Below are positions 39,536-50,032 of a stretch of 64,000 bases of DNA, piece by piece; positions within the stretch are counted from its first letter, which is position 1; every line of letters begins with the position of its first letter. A program made the position numbers and the translations under genes. Location: assembly GCA_963845065.1 (NCBI GenBank), contig CAWJQQ010000002.1, forward strand, positions 256,001 to 320,000. The letters are read 5' to 3'. This DNA comes from Nitrospirota bacterium. GTDB lineage: Bacteria; Nitrospirota; UBA9217. The notes below the pieces were generated by a model, which was not told the origin of the DNA, ran no database searches, and was given only the letters and a program-made list of their open reading frames with translations.

Positions 39536-40081
39536 TTATTTAGCGTCTTTTTCTCGCTCTACCTGAAGGAATTCAAGCTCTACTGGCGTCGAACGCCCGA
39601 AAATACTCACCATCACCCGAAGTCGGCCGTGCGCGGGATTGACATCTTCCACAGTACCGATAAAGCTGTTGAACGGTCCATCGATAACTCTGACGCGATC
39701 GCCTTTCTGGTACGCTTGCTTGGGCTGGGTCGGAGCCACCGCTCCCTCTTCAGTCTGTTTGAGGATGGTCTTCACTTCATCGTCGCTCAAGGGTGTAGGG
39801 TTCGTGCTTCCGCCTACAAAACCGGTCACCTTGGGTGTTTCTTTGATGATATGCCACGTATTATCATCCATCTCCATTTCGACAAGGATGTAGCCAGGGA
39901 AAAATTTCCGCTGCGATTTGCGTTTTTTCCCGGCCTTGATGGATAATATCTCTTCGGTCGGAACAAGGATTTGACCTATTTTTTCCTGGAGGCCAAGCTT
40001 CAACACCGTCTCGAGGACACTGGTCTTTACCTTGTTCTCAAAACCTGCATATGTATGAACTACATACCAATTCATCGGCAT
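39536..40081 (-). CDS. nusG: Transcription factor NusG
   Basis: WYVVH, FPGY, IFGR.TPVEL. Confidence 0.97.
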   Translation of the reverse strand: MPMNWYVVHTYAGFENKVKTSVLETVLKLGLQEKIGQILVPTEEILSIKAGKKRKSQRKFFPGYILVEMEMDDNTWHIIKETPKVTGFVGGSTNPTPLSDDEVKTILKQTEEGAVAPTQPKQAYQKGDRVRVIDGPFNSFIGTVEDVNPAHGRLRVMVSIFGRSTPVELEFLQVEREKDAK

Positions 40082-40089
40082 ACTGATCT

Positions 40090-40278
40090 CTACCTACTAA
40101 AGGCAATGGCCATTAGTCTTGCCAACACCAAATCTACCAGTCCCAAAAAAAAGGCGCAAATAAGCACGGTGAATATCACCACCCAGGTAGAACCAATGAC
40201 TTCTTTCCTTGTCGGAAACACAACCTTCTTGAGTTCCAGCTTAACCTCTTGAAAAAATATCCTTACCTTATTAAACAT
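40090..40278 (-). CDS. secE: Preprotein translocase SecE
   Basis: ELKKVVFP motif plus one TM; synteny. Confidence 0.93.
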   Translation of the reverse strand: MFNKVRIFFQEVKLELKKVVFPTRKEVIGSTWVVIFTVLICAFFLGLVDLVLARLMAIAFSR

Positions 40279-40311
40279 ACAAGCCTCTTTCTGCACAGGA
40301 GTCTCGAAAAA

Positions 40312-40387
40312 TGGCAGGCCAGGAGGGACTCGAACCCCCAGCAGCCGGATTTGGAGTCCGGAGCTCTACCATTAGAGCTACTGGCCT
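40312..40387 (-). tRNA. tRNA-Trp(CCA)
   Basis: Cloverleaf, anticodon arm CCGGA-CT-CCA-AA-TCCGG, encoded CCA end. Confidence 0.96.
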
Positions 40388-40421
40388 GTGTCCTAACCCC
40401 GCATCGCCATGCATATCCAGG

Positions 40422-40574
40422 CTATGCTTTCGTTTCCTTGTGCACAGTGTGTTTACGACAGAATCGGCAATATTTATCAAGATTAAGCTTGTCTGGTGTG
40501 TTCCTTTTGTTCTTGGTCGTTGAATAATTTTTGCGCTTGCATTCACCGCAAGCAAGAAGAATGATTTCCCGCAC
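40422..40574 (-). CDS. rpmG: 50S ribosomal protein L33 (below ORF-track cutoff)
   Basis: Manual translation [50 protein letters not shown]. Confidence 0.96.
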   Translation of the reverse strand: MREIILLACGECKRKNYSTTKNKRNTPDKLNLDKYCRFCRKHTVHKETKA

Positions 40575-40665
40575 GATAATAGCCTCACTCGTATTTAATT
40601 TCTGATTATGAATCGCGTTTTTCAGGTTCTAAATTCGCGATCACCGAACCACAATCACAATTGAA

Positions 40666-41865
<1,200 letters not shown>

Positions 41866-41927
41866 GCTGTCCGCCTCCTCTAAGGAAGTGTAAAATAGTT
41901 TTGTTTAATTTAAAAATCGTACAGTAC

Positions 41928-42003
41928 TGGAGCCCATGAGCGGGATTGAACCGCTGACCTCATCCTTACCAAGGATGTGCTCTACCAACTGAGCTACATG
42001 GGC
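41928..42003 (-). tRNA. tRNA-Thr(GGT)
   Basis: Anticodon arm CATCC-TT-GGT-AA-GGATG. Confidence 0.96.
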
Positions 42004-42043
42004 ATTGCAACGCTTGAACTGTTCAAACGTTTAGGCAATTAAA

Positions 42044-42120
42044 TGGAGCGGGAAACGGGATTCGAACCCGCGACCCCAAGCTTGGAAGGCTTGCGCTCTA
42101 GCCAGCTGAGCTATTCCCGC
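42044..42120 (-). tRNA. tRNA-Gly(TCC)
   Basis: Anticodon arm CAAGC-CT-TCC-AA-GCTTG. Confidence 0.96.
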
Positions 42121-42211
42121 ATTAGATCGCGGACTTTTTTGTGCACATTTATAATTATTATGAATTTTAAATCCGCATATCTGCAAATTCGATTCCGTAG
42201 TTCCATTTAAG

Positions 42212-42297
42212 TGGTGGGGAGGGGAGGTTTCGAACCTCCGTAGGCTGACGCCGACAGATTTACAGTCTGTTCCCTTTGGCCACTCGGGCACCTCCCC
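42212..42297 (-). tRNA. tRNA-Tyr(GTA)
   Basis: ACAGA-CT-GTA-AA-TCTGT, long variable arm. Confidence 0.96.
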
Positions 42298-42355
42298 GAC
42301 GCAGCGACAATCTTCCTCATTATTAGAGCGACTTACATGATTATTAATAAAAAAG

Positions 42356-42431
42356 TGGAGCCACCGAAGGGACTCGAACCCCCGACAGGCTGATTACAAA
42401 TCAGCTACTCTACCAGCTGAGTTACGGTGGC
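42356..42431 (-). tRNA. tRNA-Thr(TGT)
   Basis: GCTGA-TT-TGT-AA-TCAGC. Confidence 0.96.
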
Positions 42432-42512
42432 AGAATCCTCTGGACGCGCTAAGGCCTTGCCAGCCCATAACGACAAGTGCGCGCACCACGGCTGTCGCGC
42501 CAAAGAATTGGA

Positions 42513-42542
42513 ATTATATGATATTGCATACAATCTTGTCAA
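42513..42542 (-). promoter_or_regulatory. Sigma70 promoter of the tRNA-tuf operon
   Basis: TTGACA-N18-TATAAT. Confidence 0.75.
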
Positions 42543-42584
42543 GTAAAAAGATTAATTTTAACTGTCTTTATAAAAGGCGTCCTA

Positions 42585-42919
42585 AGTTTTACGCGCGAGA
42601 CCCCACCCCCCATGCTTTGGCGGTGGGATGAAAGCGTTTAACCCGTATAGTTTTACAAGTTCTATTACTGCTATATCATAATACTTATGCTTTACGACAG
42701 GGAAACTGGTCCCTGGACACTTTGAAACCAAGGATATCCGGTCCTGGCAAGAAAGTTGTCAGGTAAGCCTTTTGTCCGCAAAGACTAATTAATAGTTGAG
42801 TTTCAAATGGCAGGGGCGTCCAACATTTGGGAGAGTAGCCGTAAGACTGCCTATATCCCGGTCAGCAAATCCGCTTGTATCCAAGAATATCACATGTTTT
42901 AGCGGTGGGAATGTGTAAA
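42585..42919 (+). mobile_element. Internally deleted IS200/IS605 element (left end, omega-RNA-like region, right end)
   Basis: Left hairpin CCCCATGCTTTGGCGGTGGGATGAAAGCG; GCCGTAAGAC segment; right end GAATATCACATGTTTTAGCGGTGGGAATGTGTAAA. Confidence 0.6.
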
Positions 42920-42945
42920 CTACAATAGTATTCACAAACAATTGT

Positions 42946-43695
42946 TCATGAACTCCGGGTTCTCCGTTGACGCAGCACTTCGAAGAGTAATGCCCCCGCG
43001 GCCACCGACACATTCAGGGAACTGATTTTGCCCATCAAAGGTAATGATACGAGGTAATCACAGTGCTCTCTCACGAGCCTGCGTACACCTTTACCCTCGC
43101 CACCCAATACCAGTGCCGTAGAACGTAAAAAGTCGGCGTCCCAGTAGACCGTGTCGCCTCCCGCTTCGGCACCCACTATCCAGACTCCTGCCTTTTTGAG
43201 GACATCGATGGTATTAACAATATTTACAACCTTTGCTACCGGCACATATTCAAGCGCTCCAGCTGCAGCTTTGGCAACTGTATCCGTCAGGCCAGCCGCA
43301 CGGCGTTCCGGGATAATTACTCCGTGAACACCTGCTGCCTCGGCACTGCGCAAAATGGCCCCGAGATTTCTCGGGTCTTCAACGCCGTCCAGGATAAGAA
43401 ACAGAGGAACCTGTCCCTTTTGGACAGGAATTTTGAGGACATCATCGAGATCCACATACTCCTGGGCGGACACAATAGCGATCACGCCCTGATGCGTTGT
43501 CTGCGGAGCTTCGCGATTTAAGGTATCTCGGCTCGCCATTCTAAGCTCTACACCACTGCCCTTAGCAAGCCGAAATATCTCCTTCACATCGCGGTCAGTT
43601 TTGCGTTGCTCAGCGATCAACAGCCGCCGTATCGGCCTCCCTGACCTAAGCGCCTCAAGTACGGGGTTGATGCCGAATATTTTATCTTTATGCAT
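42946..43695 (-). CDS. rlmB: 23S rRNA Gm2251 methyltransferase RlmB
   Basis: IFGINPVLEAL, HQGV, DPRNLGAI, SLNVSVA. Confidence 0.93.
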   Translation of the reverse strand: MHKDKIFGINPVLEALRSGRPIRRLLIAEQRKTDRDVKEIFRLAKGSGVELRMASRDTLNREAPQTTHQGVIAIVSAQEYVDLDDVLKIPVQKGQVPLFLILDGVEDPRNLGAILRSAEAAGVHGVIIPERRAAGLTDTVAKAAAGALEYVPVAKVVNIVNTIDVLKKAGVWIVGAEAGGDTVYWDADFLRSTALVLGGEGKGVRRLVREHCDYLVSLPLMGKISSLNVSVAAGALLFEVLRQRRTRSS

Positions 43696-43720
43696 AAAAC
43701 TGTCTCTGCTGCCGCCGGAG

Positions 43721-45196
43721 TCACTTCGGTTTCCACACTGTGCCCTCAGCTCGGTCAAACAATTCAACGCCACCATCGACAAGGATCTTTCTTATCCGGT
43801 CCGCTTCAGTCCAATCCCGGCGTGCTCGAGCTTCATTCCGGAGATGAATAAACTCTTCGATCCTCTCCAAAGAAATAGTTACATTGCCATCCGCGAGCCT
43901 TCCTTCTTTAAACCAGTCCGCAGGGCTTCGCAGAAAAATGCCTAGCGTCTTGCTCACATCTTCGAAAGAGGCAAAGGCTGCGTACAAGATGATGTTCGCT
44001 GCATCGGCATTCTTTTTGTCAGAGTCGGCCATGAACTTGTTCACATCGCGCACGAGGTCATATATGAGCCCAATAGCAAAGGCAGTATTGAAATCGTCAT
44101 CCATTGCATCTTCAAAGGCTTGGGGCAGGCACCTAATTTTTTCGTAGAGTTCCCGATCGGATGCTTCGATGACGTCCTCGGGCTTGGCTGTTGACGGTTT
44201 TTTCCCTTCAAGGAACTTCACTATCCCTTCTTTCATCGTGTAGAACCGGTCGAGCCCTGCCCGAGCATCTTTCAGGTTAGCGTCCGAAAAATCGATTGGG
44301 CTCCGGTAATGCGTGGAAAGAAGAAAAAGCCTCACGACTTCTGCATCATATTGACCGAGGATGTCTCGGATCGTGAAAAAATTCCCGAGGGACTTGGACA
44401 TTTTCTCCTGGTTGATGTTTACAAAACCATTATGGATCCAGTAATTCACAAATTTTTTACCCGAATACGCCTCACTCTGGGCAATTTCGTTTTCGTGGTG
44501 CGGAAAGATAAGGTCTTTGCCTCCGGCGTGTATATCGAAGGTCTCACCGAGGTGCTTGAAACCCATAGCGGTACACTCAATATGCCAACCCGGCCTGCCC
44601 GGCCCCCAAGGACTTGCCCAAGCAGGCTCGCCAGGTTTTGACGCTTTCCACAAAGCAAAATCAAGAGGATCCTGCTTACGTTCATCCACTTCGACCCGCG
44701 CACCCGCCTGCAAGTCCTCAATATTACGCTTCGAGAGTTTTCCATAGTCTTTAAAACTGACCACGCGAAAGTATACATCACCATCTATAACGTAAGCATG
44801 TCCATTATTTACGAGTTCCATGATGATTTTAATCATCTCGGCAATATGCTCGGTGGCCTTTGGTTCCACATCGGCCCTCTCTACACCGAGATGTTTCATG
44901 TCTGTCTGATACGCTTCAATATATTTGTGAGCCACCTCGGCAGGAGTGATCGCATCTTCCTTTGCCCGGTTGATTATCTTGTCATCGATATCGGTAAAGT
45001 TCCGCACATATTTCACGTCGAACCCCTTACGGCGGAAGTAACGCTGGATTAGGTCAAAGATAACAGCACCCCGGGCATGTCCGAGGTGGGAATAATCATA
45101 AACGGTAACACCGCATGCATACATCGTCACTTTGCCCGGATGGATGGGGATGAATTCCTCCTTCTTCCCCGTAAGCGTGTTAAAAATTTTTATCAT
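43721..45196 (-). CDS. cysS: Cysteine--tRNA ligase
   Basis: CGVTVY..HLGH, GRPGWHIEC, KMSKS. Confidence 0.98.
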   Translation of the reverse strand: MIKIFNTLTGKKEEFIPIHPGKVTMYACGVTVYDYSHLGHARGAVIFDLIQRYFRRKGFDVKYVRNFTDIDDKIINRAKEDAITPAEVAHKYIEAYQTDMKHLGVERADVEPKATEHIAEMIKIIMELVNNGHAYVIDGDVYFRVVSFKDYGKLSKRNIEDLQAGARVEVDERKQDPLDFALWKASKPGEPAWASPWGPGRPGWHIECTAMGFKHLGETFDIHAGGKDLIFPHHENEIAQSEAYSGKKFVNYWIHNGFVNINQEKMSKSLGNFFTIRDILGQYDAEVVRLFLLSTHYRSPIDFSDANLKDARAGLDRFYTMKEGIVKFLEGKKPSTAKPEDVIEASDRELYEKIRCLPQAFEDAMDDDFNTAFAIGLIYDLVRDVNKFMADSDKKNADAANIILYAAFASFEDVSKTLGIFLRSPADWFKEGRLADGNVTISLERIEEFIHLRNEARARRDWTEADRIRKILVDGGVELFDRAEGTVWKPK

Positions 45197-45247
45197 ACGA
45201 TTGTAGTACCCTCGATGCGTGGATTCTGATTTATAGTTAGAACCCTG

Positions 45248-45277
45248 ATTTTATACGGTAAGTGAGCGCTTTGTCAA
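45248..45277 (-). promoter_or_regulatory. Probable sigma70 promoter of cysS
   Basis: TTGACA-N18-TAAAAT. Confidence 0.55.
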
Positions 45278-45523
45278 GCAGTATTACATTATGAACCATT
45301 CGGCAGTAATGTATTTATCTGGCGAAAATTCATTTACATTTTCAAATCATCATGCTTTGGTTTTTGATACTGAAACTACGATTCGAGACCCAAGTCTTAA
45401 GCGAAAATGTTACATTTCTCACCGTGACATGGTTATTCGCATGTCGGTGAGCTGTCATATATGTGATCCAGAAGAGATGGTAATTCATAGATCCTTCAGG
45501 AGTCCATTTGCAGCTCGAATGCT

Positions 45524-45760
45524 ATGAGCTCTCCCTCACTATGATTATAGTGGTGGTTTCACGGTTCACTGACGAATGCGTGCTGAAAGTATGGCTCTCA
45601 GTTCGGCTTACTTCCATCTCCTCACGCGCACCGGTGAACTCTCGGTAAAATAAAGAAGCGTGCTGCCGCTGAGTTCTCCCGGTTCTCCAACATAGGGATG
45701 CCGTGTGATAACTTATCTCCTGTTGTTTTGCCCATACGCTAAGTTTCATGTAAATAATAT
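45524..45760 (-). mobile_element. Mini-element: IS607 tnpA 5' stub joined to a tnpB-3'/omega-RNA-like region and a hairpin right end
   Basis: MKLSVWAKQQEISYHTA resembles the IS607 TnpA N-terminus; GAAA-CCACCACTAT-AATC-ATAGTGAGGG..TCAT right end. Confidence 0.6.
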
Positions 45761-45928
45761 ATCATATACTCAGAAGAGGATGTTTGCGGTGTTAAATTGA
45801 GAAAAATCCCTTGAGTTTTTTTTCGTAACATACTATATTAAACGCTCGTTATGAGCCTCAATAAAGTCTTTAAGTGTCTTTCAGCACAGTCTGCTGCGGG
45901 ACACACTAAGCCACTCAGGAGACCATGA

Positions 45929-46960
45929 ATGTCCAGAGCAGACAGATTCATTAAAGCATGCAGGCGTGAGGCGGTTGATTGTACGCCCGTATGGATGATG
46001 CGCCAGGCAGGACGATATTTGCCGGAATATCGCGAGATCCGGACAAAGCGCACTTTTCTTGAGATGTGCAAGACACCGGAGGTCGCCGCTGAGGTTACTA
46101 TCCAGCCCGTGAGGCGGTACGAGATCGATGCGGCGATCATCTTTGCCGACATACTGCTGCCGCTCGAACCCATGGGCATCGGCCTGGAATTTGCCAAAGG
46201 CGAGGGCCCACTAATCCACAATCCCGTTCGCACAATGGCAGACGTGTTGAAGCTCAAATCAATAGACGCTGCAAGCCAGATTGAGTACCTCATGAAGGCA
46301 ATCAAGATCGCACTGAAGGAACTTGGAGGAAAGGTGCCGCTTATCGGCTTCTCAGGCGCGCCCTTTACCCTTGCGAGCTATGTAATTGAAGGCGGCGGTT
46401 CGCGAAACTACGAGCACGCCAAAACAATGATGTTCGCCGAACCCCAGGCCTGGCACAAGCTTATGGAACACCTTACTGGAGTCATTATCAATTATCTAAA
46501 TGCCCAGATCGATGCCGGCGTGCAGGTTGTCCAACTCTTCGATTCGTGGGTTGGCGCTCTCGGCCCGAGCGACTATCGAGAATTTGTGCTCCCGCACCAA
46601 AAAAACGTGATTGCGGGGATCAAAAAATCGGTTCCGCTTATCCACTTCGCCAATGGCGCTACCCATCTCCTGGAGATGGTGGCCGAGGCAGGCGGCGACG
46701 TGATCGGTCTCGATTGGCGCTGCGACCTGGACACCGCCTGGAAACGCATTGGATTGGACAAGGCGATTCAGGGTAACCTCGACCCCATCACCCTCTTCGG
46801 TTCCAAAGAGTTCATCCGGAAACGGACCAAGGAAATTCTCGATCGTGCCGGCGGAAGGAATGGCCATATCATGAACCTTGGGCACGGCATCCTTCAACAA
46901 ACTCCGCTCGAGAGTGCGGCCGAGTTCATCAATGCAACGCATGAGTTGAGCAGGAAATAG
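45929..46960 (+). CDS. hemE: Uroporphyrinogen decarboxylase
   Basis: PVWMMRQAGRYLPEY, QGNLDP, NLGHG. Confidence 0.97.
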   Translation: MSRADRFIKACRREAVDCTPVWMMRQAGRYLPEYREIRTKRTFLEMCKTPEVAAEVTIQPVRRYEIDAAIIFADILLPLEPMGIGLEFAKGEGPLIHNPVRTMADVLKLKSIDAASQIEYLMKAIKIALKELGGKVPLIGFSGAPFTLASYVIEGGGSRNYEHAKTMMFAEPQAWHKLMEHLTGVIINYLNAQIDAGVQVVQLFDSWVGALGPSDYREFVLPHQKNVIAGIKKSVPLIHFANGATHLLEMVAEAGGDVIGLDWRCDLDTAWKRIGLDKAIQGNLDPITLFGSKEFIRKRTKEILDRAGGRNGHIMNLGHGILQQTPLESAAEFINATHELSRK

Positions 46961-47016
46961 GGGCCTTGTCGTGTTCTGAATGCTTTGCTGAACCTTGCAC
47001 CACAAACCCGTTCATT

Positions 47017-47910
47017 ATGTCCAATACTGCAATCATACTCATCGCACTCGGCGGCCCGAAAGATCTAGACGATGTCGGGCCGTTCATGACGGCCTTTATG
47101 GGCCGCCCAGCTCCTCTGTCCGTCGTCTCCGCGGTAATCGAGCGTTACAAACTCATCGGAGGCAAATCTCCGCTTCCAGAGATCGTAAAAGCTCAGGCTA
47201 TATCACTCGCTAAAGAGCTTGGCAGCGGGTATCGCGTCTACGAAGGGTTTAGATACTCCTCACCGACGATTGGGGAGTCATATGACAAGGCGGTGCTAGA
47301 TGGCGCGACCCATGTGATCGGCCTCTCATTGTCGCCATTCGAGACAGAGGTTACGACGGGAACTTACCGATCTGCCTTCGACCTGCTCGGCGAAGGCTCC
47401 ATAGGGAAAACCTTCATTTCGAGCTGGCATGACAATGCCATGTTCATCGACGCGTGGGAAGAACGCGTGTCCGACGGTTTGAAGCGGCTTCGCCCGGAAC
47501 AGCAAAGGTCCGCAGTAGTGATATTTACGAGCCATAGCATTCCAACACGGTATATAGCCGCTGGCGATCCCTACAGGTGGCAGATAGAAGAAACCATTAA
47601 ACGCATCGTTGCGCGGCTGAATATTCGGCTATGGCGAATGGCGTGGCAAAGCAAGGGTATTCGCGCAACAGAACCGTGGCTCGAGCCTGAGGTAGAACCC
47701 ACGCTTGAAAAGATCAAGCAGGAGGGTTATGAAACAGTGCTTGAAGTCCCCCTTGGCTTCACCTGCGACAACATGGAAACGCTCTACGACATAGACATCC
47801 TCCATCGCTCACATGCGAAGAAACTGGGGATCGAGTTCGAACGGGCTGAATCGCTGAATATGTCTAAACGCTTCATCAAGGCGTTGGCGGACATCGTGAA
47901 AAAAGCGTAG
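47017..47910 (+). CDS. hemH: Ferrochelatase (probably coproporphyrin type)
   Basis: LGGP, Y..IGG.SPL, SHSIP, WLEP, ETLYDID. Confidence 0.92.
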   Translation: MSNTAIILIALGGPKDLDDVGPFMTAFMGRPAPLSVVSAVIERYKLIGGKSPLPEIVKAQAISLAKELGSGYRVYEGFRYSSPTIGESYDKAVLDGATHVIGLSLSPFETEVTTGTYRSAFDLLGEGSIGKTFISSWHDNAMFIDAWEERVSDGLKRLRPEQQRSAVVIFTSHSIPTRYIAAGDPYRWQIEETIKRIVARLNIRLWRMAWQSKGIRATEPWLEPEVEPTLEKIKQEGYETVLEVPLGFTCDNMETLYDIDILHRSHAKKLGIEFERAESLNMSKRFIKALADIVKKA

Positions 47911-48078
47911 GAAGCCACAACAAGCGCGACACTATAATGCAAATTACTGCTTCAATACTGCCGACTGTTGTGGTTTTTATTAAAAAAAATTTATAAAAAT
48001 AGTGACTACTCGATGACAGGTTATCATTGCAATGCGAGTGGTCATCTGCGCAAATCTGGGTTCAAAGGATTATAACCT

Positions 48079-49503
48079 ATGACGAAAATCATTATCATAG
48101 GCGGCGGGATAGCCGGTCTGGCTGCCGCTGTCCATCTCAAGGCCGGGGCCAAGGCATACAATAAGACTGTTGATGTGCTGCTGCTCGAGAAGAATGGCCG
48201 TATCGGCGGCAAAATCCTGACGGAAAAACATGACAAATTTCTGATTGAAGGTGGGCCCGATAGTTTTCTTCCTGAAAAAATCTGGACCGTAAATCTTGCC
48301 AAGCGCCTTGGGCTCGAACCTCAAATGCTGCCTTCGAATGACCAGTTCAAAGGCACGTTCATCTATTCGAACAAAGAGCTCCATGCACTGCCCGAGGGCG
48401 TGATGCTCATGGTGCCGACTTCGTTCTGGCCCATGGCAAAGTCTCGCCTCATCACTTGGCCCGGCAAAATCCGAATGGGCATGGAAGTGTTCGTACCAAA
48501 GCGCAGACTCAGGGATGACGAAAGCCTTGCCTCCTTTGTCACGCGCAGGCTCGGCCGCGAGTGCCTGGAAAAGATCGCGGAGCCACTCGTGGGCGGCATC
48601 CATACATCGAACCCTAACAACATGAGCGTTCTGGCAACATTTCCGCGCTTCATACAAATGGAGCAGAAGAGCGGCAGCTTGATTCTCGGCATGATCGCTG
48701 CCTTAAAGAACAGACCTCATGCAACTCTGAGCGGTCCGCCGCCCAAACCCGGTCAACCCAGAATGACCTACTTCATGAGCTTCAAAAACGGCATGCAAAC
48801 TTTATCACAGGCCTGCGCTGACTATATCGGCAGCAACTCGATCCGCTTCAACTCCCCGGTCAAAGCGGTCGAACCGAAGGGCAAAAGTTATTCCGTAATA
48901 CTTGAAAGCGGTGAGTTCCTGGAAGCGGACGAAGTCATGATCGCCTCGGCCGCTTATGATGCCGCCAATATGGTAAAAGAGTTCGATGCAAACCTTGCAT
49001 CGCAGATGAATAAGATCGAATGGTCATCCTCCGCTACAGTATCGATCGCGTTCTTAAAGGATGACATAAGGGTCCCACTCCAGGGGTTCGGCTTTATCGT
49101 TCCTCGCGTTGAGGGCAGGAGGGTCAACGCGGCGACCTACAGCTCCATCAAGTGGTCCTTCCGAGCACCCGATCATCAAGTTCTCATTCGAGGATTTGTC
49201 GGCGGTGGCCATCACGAGGAGCTCGTTAACGAATTCGATGATGCCAGCATGGTCAACATGATGCTCGAAGAGCTCGACGGTATTGTCGGCCTTAAGGCGA
49301 ATGCGCAATTTTCGAAAGTATACCGCTGGCACAAAGGTATGCCGAAATACACCGTTGGGCACCTGAACAGAATAGCCCTACTCGATCGGATGCTCTCGAT
49401 CCATCCAGGACTGCATCTGATCGGCTGTTCGTACAAGGGCATTGGCATCGGAGACTGTGTACATGAGGCACAGATCGCGGCGGAAAAAATATTGAAAGGT
49501 TAG
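48079..49503 (+). CDS. hemY: HemY-type (copro/proto)porphyrinogen oxidase
   Basis: GGGIAGL FAD motif, EGGPDSF, GFGF, GIGIGDC. Confidence 0.93.
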   Translation: MTKIIIIGGGIAGLAAAVHLKAGAKAYNKTVDVLLLEKNGRIGGKILTEKHDKFLIEGGPDSFLPEKIWTVNLAKRLGLEPQMLPSNDQFKGTFIYSNKELHALPEGVMLMVPTSFWPMAKSRLITWPGKIRMGMEVFVPKRRLRDDESLASFVTRRLGRECLEKIAEPLVGGIHTSNPNNMSVLATFPRFIQMEQKSGSLILGMIAALKNRPHATLSGPPPKPGQPRMTYFMSFKNGMQTLSQACADYIGSNSIRFNSPVKAVEPKGKSYSVILESGEFLEADEVMIASAAYDAANMVKEFDANLASQMNKIEWSSSATVSIAFLKDDIRVPLQGFGFIVPRVEGRRVNAATYSSIKWSFRAPDHQVLIRGFVGGGHHEELVNEFDDASMVNMMLEELDGIVGLKANAQFSKVYRWHKGMPKYTVGHLNRIALLDRMLSIHPGLHLIGCSYKGIGIGDCVHEAQIAAEKILKG

Positions 49504-49519
49504 CATGAGGCAATCGGTA

Positions 49520-49815
49520 AAAAACACCTTTCCCCGACCTGATGGACGGGGATACCCGAATCAGGCTCTCACTACTGAGAGCCACTGCTGATTCTGTTTT
49601 CGGATGCGGCAGAGATGTTTGCCACTTCCCCGATTCATGGGCTGATGATGCTGGCCTGGTATTTCTCCAGGCGAACCGGTTGACCGAAGGCTGTGCCAAA
49701 CAGCCACTACTCCAGGAGACACCTTTGTGTTCCGGGAGATACTTTTTAAGAATGTTGATTGCTCCGTTCACGTCAGCATGAATTACGGCGCCGCAATGCA
49801 TAATCTACGCGGTTA
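49520..49815 (-). pseudogene. tnpB: tnpB C-terminal remnant with degenerate right end
   Basis: CGAVIHADVNGAINILKKY..SSGCLAQP; CCCCGTCCATCAGGTCGGGG hairpin. Confidence 0.75.
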
Positions 49816-49858
49816 CCAAAAAAAACTCAAGGAGTTTAATCGGCTCTGAAGTCGGATA

Positions 49859-50032
49859 TTAGAGTGCTGTGCCCAATCCCTTCCAATACCAAATAGCAGT
49901 GAATGCAATGATAGCTGCCAAAATCCAGACTATATACTTTGATGGGCATTTTTTTTTGGCTCGCTCTTTTAATCCCCCGCGTTCCCAATCGATCCTTTTT
50001 TCTCGGTACCAATCCCTATCCTCCATCCCCAT
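49859..50032 (-). CDS. 57-aa single-pass membrane protein (below ORF-track cutoff)
   Basis: MGMEDRDWYREKRIDWERGGLKERAKKKCPSKYIVWILAAIIAFTAIWYWKGLGTAL*; GAGGTG RBS. Confidence 0.65.
   Translation of the reverse strand: MGMEDRDWYREKRIDWERGGLKERAKKKCPSKYIVWILAAIIAFTAIWYWKGLGTAL

Noticed and set aside
45418..45451. Hairpin CTCACC..GACATG/CATGTC..GGTGAG upstream of cysS, possible T-box
   Set aside because: No T-box consensus, and it lies upstream of the predicted promoter.
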